Assembly (NCBI GenBank): GCA_001873075.1
Contig: MNYL01000046.1
Location: forward strand, 1-29,676
Direction of reading: 5' to 3'
Length of the DNA: 29,676 nt
Source: Fibrobacteres bacterium CG2_30_45_31
GTDB taxonomy: Bacteria; Fibrobacterota; Fibrobacteria; Fibrobacterales; Fibrobacteraceae
In this document: positions 8,449-16,300 of the stretch, piece after piece
Layout: each line of letters begins with the position of its first letter
Numbering within the stretch: the stretch's first letter is position 1
Notes under the pieces: generated by a model
Database searches by the model: none
Seen by the model: only the letters and a program-made list of their open reading frames with translations
What the model was told of the DNA's origin: nothing
Position numbers and translations under genes: made by a program

Positions 8449-9804
8449 ATGCCTTCAAAAGAATTCAAAGAGACATTGTGGCGGATGCTTCTTTCTGAAA
8501 TAGAAAGAGGGCATATTATTCCTATCGTGGGACCGGAACTTCTGATGGTGGAAGTGGATGGGAAATCGATACTTCTTTATGACTGGCTTGCCAAGCAGCT
8601 TGCTGAAAGCCTTGAGATTGATTTGATAAACGGAACGGGTAAACATGATTTGAGTGAAATCATATATAAATACCGATTCCTGCCAAGGGGTAAACCAGCA
8701 GATCCCTATAATGAAGTTTTTGATATTTTGGATGGGATGTCCTTTCCAGTCCCAGAACCACTTCGCATTCTCGCGAGCATAGAACCACTCCGTATTTTCC
8801 TTACAACCACGGTGGATCGTTTGTTGGAAAAAGCGTTGGAAGAAAGCCGGGGCCAAGTGTCCAGCTTGTCTTTTTCCTGTTCGGGACCCGTGGAAGACAT
8901 TGCGTCTGAAGAGAAAAAGTCGGTTGTTTTTCATATGTTCGGAAAGGCAGATCCCGTGCCTACGTTGCCCACGTTTGTGCTGACAGAAGATGATCTTTTG
9001 AAATTCAGCTACAACTGGAATGATCCTGATCGGCGGCCTCCACGTCTTTCTAGTATTTTGCAGAATCGTCAGACGTGTCTTATGATGCTCGGATGCAGTT
9101 ATGAAAATTGGCTTGCCCGTTTTTTCCTTTATGGTCTGCGCCAAGGCTCTCTTTTTGAGTACATACCGCCTAGGGAACTGATAGCAGATGATCATAGTGT
9201 TCTGGATCCTGATTTTTTGTGCTTTTTGTCTCGTTGTAATGCCGATCTTTATCCTAACGGGGATGCCGTTGCCTTTGTCCGGGAACTTGGAAAGCGCTGG
9301 AGGGAGAAGCATCCGCAAGGGTTCCAAACTCAGTCTCTTTCTGCAACGAAAAAAGACCCTGAGAAAAAAGCTGTGTTTCTGAGTTACGCCAGCGAAGACA
9401 AGACCATCGCCAGGCAAACCCGGGATGCTCTGGAAGCTGAAGGCGTTGATGTCTGGTTCGATGAGAAAAAGCTCGAATCCGGAGACCAATATGAAGGTGT
9501 GATTGCGCAGAATATCCAGGATGCATCATTTTTCGTTCCCATAGTGACTCCTAATACTCTTATCCAACAACGTCGTTTTTTTCATTTTGAGTGGAACAAG
9601 GCCATTGAGGAGGCTAAATTCCGGCCAGTCGGAATCCCTTTCATTTTGCCGTTGGTTTCCGGCGATATTGATGTAGACAACATGCTCATTCCCGAGGCAT
9701 TCAGAAAAGTTCACTGGAGCCGTTTCTGTAGCCCGGACAACTTGGGTTTTTTTGTGTCGGAATGCCGTCAGAAAGTTCGCAATCTGAATCGGCTTTCCCA
9801 TTAG
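8449..9804 (+). CDS. SIR2_2-like domain (probably degenerate) fused to a C-terminal TIR domain
   Basis: N-domain has the SIR2_2 layout: 'IIPIVGPELL' in place of GAGxS, 'IFLTTTVDRLLEKAL' in place of TTNYD, 'VVFHMFGKADP...FVLTEDDLLKF' (KLHG-type His) and 'CLMMLGCSYENW'. TIR (aa 307-430, about nt 9367-9738): 'KAVFLSYASEDKTIARQTRDALEAEGVDVWFDEKKLESGDQY...ASFFVPIVTPN...FFHFEWNKAIEE'. Confidence 0.8.
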   Translation: MPSKEFKETLWRMLLSEIERGHIIPIVGPELLMVEVDGKSILLYDWLAKQLAESLEIDLINGTGKHDLSEIIYKYRFLPRGKPADPYNEVFDILDGMSFPVPEPLRILASIEPLRIFLTTTVDRLLEKALEESRGQVSSLSFSCSGPVEDIASEEKKSVVFHMFGKADPVPTLPTFVLTEDDLLKFSYNWNDPDRRPPRLSSILQNRQTCLMMLGCSYENWLARFFLYGLRQGSLFEYIPPRELIADDHSVLDPDFLCFLSRCNADLYPNGDAVAFVRELGKRWREKHPQGFQTQSLSATKKDPEKKAVFLSYASEDKTIARQTRDALEAEGVDVWFDEKKLESGDQYEGVIAQNIQDASFFVPIVTPNTLIQQRRFFHFEWNKAIEEAKFRPVGIPFILPLVSGDIDVDNMLIPEAFRKVHWSRFCSPDNLGFFVSECRQKVRNLNRLSH

Positions 9805-9813
9805 GATGGAGCC

Positions 9814-12800
9814 ATGATCAATCAGGAATTATCTGCTATTCGTCCCTGGCCGGGACTCGCTTCTTATACAGTTCATGACGGGGCTCTCTTTCATGGACGT
9901 GATGCCGAAATTCAGGAAATTGTGGAACGACTGTCAAACGCCACGTTTGTGTGTCTCTACGGTCCTTCGGGGGTCGGGAAGTCATCCATTCTCCAGGCTG
10001 GGGTGGGAACGGCCGTTCGCGAAACGGACGGGTTCCCCGTGTTTATCCGGCTCAATCACAGTCAGGAGGCTTCGTCCCTGTATGTTCAGGTTTCTCAGGC
10101 CCTTCTGACAGCGGCAAGGGAAGCCGGCTTGGACACGGAAGTTCTTGCTCCCGCTTTTGATTTCTTCCCGGAGGAAACTCTCTGGGAACTGCTGCATCGC
10201 CATGTATTCTGGACGTCTAGAAATTACCAGGTTCGGCCGATATTGATTTTCGATCAGTTCGAAGAACTGTTCACGTTGTCCGGTTCCACTGAAAAAATAC
10301 GGTTTTGTATTCAGGAATTGGGAGATCTTGCGGAAAATGCGCCACCGCAAAAACTTCAATCCAAGCTGCGGGAAACGGGAACATGTCTTTCTTATGCTTC
10401 TGAAAAGGCGGATTACCGAATTTTAATCACTCTACGTGAAGATTTTCTTGCACAGTTTGAAATGGCAACCCAAGGTATTCCTGCATTTCGGCGGAATCGC
10501 ATTGCTTTGCGGCCTCTGAGTGGTACCCAAGCCTTGAACATCGTGAAGAAGTCCGGTGATGCCATCGTGGATGCTGAGACAGCGGAAGTTATCGTGGATG
10601 CGGTCACTTCTATGGGAGAAGAACTGAAGGGAATGATCCTTCCACTGGAAGAACGGATAGTGGAACCGTCTCTTCTTTCGCTTCTCTGTTGCGAGCTGAA
10701 TGAACAGCGCATTGCCGCTGGGACGGAGCGCATTACAGTGGATCAGGTGAAAAAGCAAGGGAAAGACATCCTTCGCAACTTTTATCATTCCAGCATGTCA
10801 TCGGTATCTTCGGCAACAGCAGAATTTCTTGAGGACCGGCTTCTCACTGAATCTGGCTATCGCAATGCGGTTGCCTTGGAGGATCTTTCCGCTGCCGGGA
10901 TTCCTCGTAGTGAACTGGACTATCTTGTGAATCAACGCCTCCTGCACATGGAGGAACGACAGGGGCTTCCCTGGGTGGAATTCAGCCACGACATCCTCAC
11001 CAAGGTGGCGATGGACAGCCGTAATGAACGGCGATCAAAAAAAACGCTTGAAAAAGAACGGCAGAATTTGCTGCTTCTGGAGAAGGAACGTCACAGACAG
11101 AAAAAACGGATGCTCATACTGCAGGTCGTCCTGATTGCCGTACTGGCTCTCATGGTCGGAATTTCCTGGACCGTATATGATTTTTATTTCAGAGTCCATC
11201 GGGATAACTTCGCCTATGTCGTCAAACGCAATGGATTCTTTGAAGGACGGGGAGCACTCTCCCAGGACCAGATGCGCCATCGCTGGGTCCATTACGAACT
11301 TTCCCGGCGAGGAAGGTATGTCTTTCCATTCAAAGCAAAGCCCTATGAAAAAATGCGCGCATTGGATCCGGACGGAAACCTGACGGTAAATCACGGAATA
11401 AGAACCTATCTGACCAGTTCCTGGGATGAGAAGGACTCTGCCACCTATAACAGAGACAACTGGAAAAAACTGAAAACCGTCTGCCAGTGGCGTCTGGTGA
11501 CCGATGCGAACGGCCTTCCCGCGAGCGAACAAGGGCTGGACAAGAAAGGATCCGTCATCTTCAATTTCGTCTATGTGAGCCATGCCGATTCCGGTTCCTT
11601 CAGAACAGCAATATGCCGATATTTTGATGGCTACGGGCTGCCTTTCCTTCAGACCAGATCAGGAGCCGAGATACTCAGAATCACTTACGGGAAGAACGGA
11701 TATGAACAACTCATTGAAACGTTTGACCATGCAGGGAATCCCTGCCCCAACCAGTGGGGCTCCTATGCTTTGAGCTCCAAATACAATGCGCAGGGATTTG
11801 AAACGGAAGAGATGTCTTTGAATGCTTTTGGCGAACCAATGATTGATAGTGCCGGAAACTGCGGGCAGCGAATAACTTATGATGATAAAGGCAATGTGTT
11901 GCGGTGGGAAAGTCTTGACACACAAAAGCAGCTCCGCAATGTAAAAGATGGCTTTGCCATCGTAAAATGGCGCTATGACCCCTATGGAAACCAAATTGAA
12001 GCCCGTTATTATGATAAGGACACAAATGCCATAGTGACTGATGGCTCTCATAAAACCACTTGTCGCTATGAAAAGGGCCGAAACGTGGAAGTCCATTTTT
12101 TCCTCGCCGATGGGAAATCCCCGGCGGATGATTCTTCTAAAGACTTTTGGGGTCATGTTCTGTCCCGTTTTGATTCCAAAGGAAATCTTCTGCAACGTGA
12201 ATGGCTGGATGCAAAGGGCCGGATCAGAAGCAGACTTCAGTATACTTACGATACCGCAGACATAGTCACATGGGAGTTGAATGAAGACTTGAAACAGGGA
12301 CAGCTACGCAGAACCTATGAATATAAAGTCTGGAGGAATGCTGCGGATAAAGACACCCTGACATCGTGGATGAATTATGACAGTGCTAGTGCACAGCAAA
12401 GTGTCACATTGGAGCATCAGTCCTGGGATGCGGCGGGAAACGAAATTGAGAGATCCTGGTTCAATGGGAAAAAACAACCGATTCTGCATCAGGAGGCATC
12501 TGATGAAATTTCCTATCACCGCATGGAAATCCGCATCGAACCGGGCGATACGGCGACATGGACAACCACTTATTATGGACTGGATGAAAAGCCTGTAAAG
12601 GGAGCCGAGATCCAAGTTCAGAAAAAAGCGGATAGCCTCGTTGTTGAAAAGCAATTCTTTACGGATTCGCTAGTTTTTCTCAGAGGATGGCAGTGGGCCT
12701 ATGATGAGCATCGCCGCATCCATTCGGAAACCATGGTGGGAGTTTCCGGGAAACCCATCTGGGGAAAAAACTATCAGACGATAGAAACGGCCTATCCTCT

Positions 12801-13305
12801 TGAAGGAGATTTCTCCTATGTTATGTATGCCGGCTTGACAGAACTCGGCGAACCCGGCCTGATAAAAGAGGACACGAATGCCTATCATTTATGGAACAAG
12901 GTCGAGTCTACCTATTACGCTCTAGATGGCCAAAAACTGGATACCAACGGCAAGGTGGCGTACTATAAATCGCTCTCCTTCGTGGTACAGTTGAATCTTC
13001 TAAAATATCGCTGCATCGAGGATTCGCTTGGCATAGAGGATGGGGATATTCTTGTCGCGTATGGCGACTGGAAATATAAGCCCGGATCTGATTTCAGGCC
13101 ATTAGAATTTGCATGGGAAAAGCTCAAAAATTCATCTAAGTCCATTGTGGTGGCTCGGCTCGTTCCATCTGAAAAACGGATGATATTGAAAAAATTTGAG
13201 TTGCCCCCCGGATTGAGTGGTTTGAGGCGTCGTTCAATACCATACACCCCCCAGCAATATAAACGTCTGATGGACGCCCTTGACGGAGAGAAGAAAAAGA
13301 ATTGA
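9814..13305 (+). CDS. STAND-type P-loop NTPase (nSTAND-like) - TM helix - YD/RHS-like repeat array - PDZ-like C-terminus
   Basis: N-terminus 'RPWPGLASYTVHDGALFHGRDAEIQEIVERL'. Walker A 'GPSGVGKSS' (nt 9961-9984). Walker B 'ILIFDQFEELF' (about 10240-10266). 'ILITLREDF' and 'EPSLLSLLCCELN' are typical of the PYxGLxxF..FFGRE STAND clade. TM 'MLILQVVLIAVLALMVGISWTVY' (11110-11178), preceded by an R/K-rich stretch. YD-like repeats such as 'ITYDDKGNVLRWESLD', 'WRYDPYGNQIEARYYDKD', 'RFDSKGNLLQREWLDAKG' and 'WDAAGNEIERSWF' (about 11356-12964). The C-terminal 'GIEDGDILVAYGDW...PPGLSGL' is PDZ-like. Confidence 0.8.
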   Translation: MINQELSAIRPWPGLASYTVHDGALFHGRDAEIQEIVERLSNATFVCLYGPSGVGKSSILQAGVGTAVRETDGFPVFIRLNHSQEASSLYVQVSQALLTAAREAGLDTEVLAPAFDFFPEETLWELLHRHVFWTSRNYQVRPILIFDQFEELFTLSGSTEKIRFCIQELGDLAENAPPQKLQSKLRETGTCLSYASEKADYRILITLREDFLAQFEMATQGIPAFRRNRIALRPLSGTQALNIVKKSGDAIVDAETAEVIVDAVTSMGEELKGMILPLEERIVEPSLLSLLCCELNEQRIAAGTERITVDQVKKQGKDILRNFYHSSMSSVSSATAEFLEDRLLTESGYRNAVALEDLSAAGIPRSELDYLVNQRLLHMEERQGLPWVEFSHDILTKVAMDSRNERRSKKTLEKERQNLLLLEKERHRQKKRMLILQVVLIAVLALMVGISWTVYDFYFRVHRDNFAYVVKRNGFFEGRGALSQDQMRHRWVHYELSRRGRYVFPFKAKPYEKMRALDPDGNLTVNHGIRTYLTSSWDEKDSATYNRDNWKKLKTVCQWRLVTDANGLPASEQGLDKKGSVIFNFVYVSHADSGSFRTAICRYFDGYGLPFLQTRSGAEILRITYGKNGYEQLIETFDHAGNPCPNQWGSYALSSKYNAQGFETEEMSLNAFGEPMIDSAGNCGQRITYDDKGNVLRWESLDTQKQLRNVKDGFAIVKWRYDPYGNQIEARYYDKDTNAIVTDGSHKTTCRYEKGRNVEVHFFLADGKSPADDSSKDFWGHVLSRFDSKGNLLQREWLDAKGRIRSRLQYTYDTADIVTWELNEDLKQGQLRRTYEYKVWRNAADKDTLTSWMNYDSASAQQSVTLEHQSWDAAGNEIERSWFNGKKQPILHQEASDEISYHRMEIRIEPGDTATWTTTYYGLDEKPVKGAEIQVQKKADSLVVEKQFFTDSLVFLRGWQWAYDEHRRIHSETMVGVSGKPIWGKNYQTIETAYPLEGDFSYVMYAGLTELGEPGLIKEDTNAYHLWNKVESTYYALDGQKLDTNGKVAYYKSLSFVVQLNLLKYRCIEDSLGIEDGDILVAYGDWKYKPGSDFRPLEFAWEKLKNSSKSIVVARLVPSEKRMILKKFELPPGLSGLRRRSIPYTPQQYKRLMDALDGEKKKN

Positions 13306-13365
13306 TCCTGAATCGTGTGGCAGACTCCGCCATCAAACAGTTGATTATTAAAATTATGAGGATAT

Positions 13366-16300
13366 ATGTCAGAACAGAATCAATATGACGCATTTATTAG
13401 TTACTCCCGGAAAGATATAGAAGTTGCAGCGTGGTTCCAGAAAGAGATGGAAAAACTTCGCGTTCCAAAAGCTTTGCCTTATCCTGCCGGGATGGAACCT
13501 TTGCCCAGAAAATTGCGCCTCTTCCGTGACCAAACGGATCTGGGAGTTCGCTCCAATAGTTTTTTTGAAGGCCTTAGTGCGAATCTGGCAAAATCCCGCG
13601 ATCTCATTCTTCTTTGCTCTCCTCATGTGCTCCAAAACAATTCGGAGGGGCTGAACTATATTGATTGGGAAATTCGGGAGTTCATTCGAATCCATGGAGT
13701 GGAATATGCGAAGAACCATATTCTCCCAGTAATTATTTATGGCAAGATTCAATCTGGTGATTCACGGGAAGCCTGCATTCCCACAGCTTTAAATGATCTC
13801 GGTGTTGATTTCCGCCAGCGCAATCTTCCGGTACTTGGAAGTCCTGAAATTTCAAGGGTTTCTAAAAACGATAAAGAACATGTCTTACTTCAGTGCTTGT
13901 CTTATTTAGCAAGGGTAGAGACGAATATTGTTGACAATCGTTTCCAGAAGGAGCGCCGCCGCACAATGCAACGGTGGCTTTTGTTAGCTGGTGCCGTGAT
14001 ACTTGCTTTATCTGGATTAGCAATTTGGGCTCTTGTCGAAAAGGATAAAACCAGCGAAACACTTTCTGAATCCTATTTCCAGGAAGCGTCCCGACTGATT
14101 GATGAGCACCAGGCAGGCTTGGCCTTGGCCTATCTCGCCGCCAGTATGGACAGTAAAAACAATAATGCCGCCTATCAACGTTTTTCTGGACTTATGAAAA
14201 ATCGATCCTGGCTGGTTCAGTTGGATACTCTTGCTTCATCACCACATTCAGGAATTCATATAGCTTGGTCCAATCGTCAGGAAAAAGAGGCTGTTTTTTC
14301 TTTAGAGGATTCTGCACAAGGAAAAGGGACTCTTTCCATTTATCAGTTAGACCCGTCTAGACCACCTGTTTCCATTTCAGTAAAAAATTTTCGTACCGGA
14401 ATTTTTTCTCCAGATGGTCAAAGCCTGCTTACTTTACATGGAGTCGCGCCGGAGCAGATTTGTAAACGCTGGAACGTCTCCACCGGAGAATTCAGCGATT
14501 CACTCCTTTTGTCCGACGGCTCTGTACCTGTTTTTTTGTCCTCTTCTGCTAGTTATGCTCTGCTTTTAACAAGCGATCAGAAGACAATCCGCCTAGTGTC
14601 TATGAAAGATGGAAGCATTCGATTTGAGCAAACTGTAACAAGTGGCTGGGAGTGGAATAAATTTGCTTTTGATGAAAAAGAAAAGATCTTGGCTTTTGGT
14701 GTTAAACGTGAGCTTAATTTTCAGCATTTAAATGAAATGTCGGCATCAGAATTTGCTTTCCAGACGATTGACATTGCATCCGGTTCTATTTTGGCTCAGA
14801 TTCATGGGGCTGGTATTTTATCGGATTGGGTTTTGTCTCCTGATGGGGTACATTTAGCCTATAGTTATTCCACGGGACGTCCCGATGACTGGCTTCTGGT
14901 TAATCAGGATCTGTCAAGCGGGAAGCCATCCTGGACGCTTCCTTTGAAGGCCTGCCAGCGTTTACTGTTTAATCCGGATGGCATTCACTTAGCTGCAGAT
15001 CTTGGAACGTTTGGCGTTGAGATCCATAATGTCTATAGAGATTCGGAATCAAAGATCCATATCGATCTTTCCTCGCCTGTAAAAAACTGGACGTTTAGCC
15101 ATGATGGTCGCCGTTTGGCAATTACAACGGAGCAAGCTTCGCTTTGCGTTTTTAATGTCCGTGATGGAAGCGAAGCTGTGGAAAGGCGCCTCTTGAATAC
15201 GGATGTTTATGGAATTCAGTTTTCGAAGACAAATCGTATTTTGACAGTGAATACAGGGAATGGGGAAAAAAGCTTTGCTTTGCAAGTCAGTCCCGTTGGC
15301 GTTCAGACTATTATGTCTAAATGGTCTCCCAGCGTTTTGATGAATGTATTTGTGGAAAAAAACTCATCTGCCTTCGCGTTTATTCTTGGAAGTTACAGCT
15401 CGGGAACCATTCTGGAAATGCATGGAATGGTCGATAGTTTTCCAGATTCCATTCGACAATTAAAGCTTTCGGAAACTCCGAATTGCGGTGCTTTTTCTCC
15501 TGACGGTCGATTTTTGGTTCTGGGATCGGGTAAAAAAACAGATGAAAATGGAACCGGGCAGTTGGATGTTTATAAAATTTCAGAGGGAACACTATGGCAA
15601 CCTCAAAAATGGGAAAAATGGGTCAGTGAAAAGGCTCCGTTTGCGGTTACGCAAATTTCCTTTAGTCCAGACGGGAAACGAATTCTGGTAAATTCCAATA
15701 CCTTGCAGAAAGCCGCACAAAAGGCTCTAGTCTACGATATGCAGGCATTGGCAAAGCCTGTCTTTTCACTGAACCATGGAGGAACAGTCTCTCAGGCTGC
15801 TTTTACTCCGGACGGGAAATATGTGATTACAGCAGGTTCGGACAGAATGCTTAAAGGCTGGGACATCGCGTCTGGAAACATGCTCTGGAAGCAGGAATTG
15901 GAATCTTTTCCATCGGCACTGGCAATTTCCAGCCAGGGAAAAATTGCGTGCGGGATGCGGCTTCTCCATGCAAATGGGCGCGTTCAGATTTTCGCAGAAA
16001 ATGGAAAACCGGAATGGTCTTCCAGGGTTTTGCGTAATGGAGTCAATCAGTTAGACTTCAACGGAAAAGGGTCTTTATTGGGAGTCGCCTTTTTCAATCG
16101 TGAGGCTTTGATTTTTGATGTTTCCAGCGGTCGTATTCGCTCGCAAGATCTCGTTCAGGAAGGGGATATCACCAGTATGCGTTTCTGGTCCGATTCCGAT
16201 CAGGACATCTTATGCATTGGGGGGAAAACTGAAAACAATTTAGGTTTTGTGGAATATTGGGATCCCGCCACCTCAAAAAAGATCGGGGATATCACCAGAC

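Noticed and set aside
11356-12964. The YD-repeat region considered as an Rhs/polymorphic-toxin cassette.
   Set aside because: No Rhs core-terminating PxxxxDPxGL motif and no variable C-terminal toxin domain or immunity gene. The repeats are followed by a PDZ-like module and preceded by a STAND NTPase, so a sensor or scaffold role fits better.
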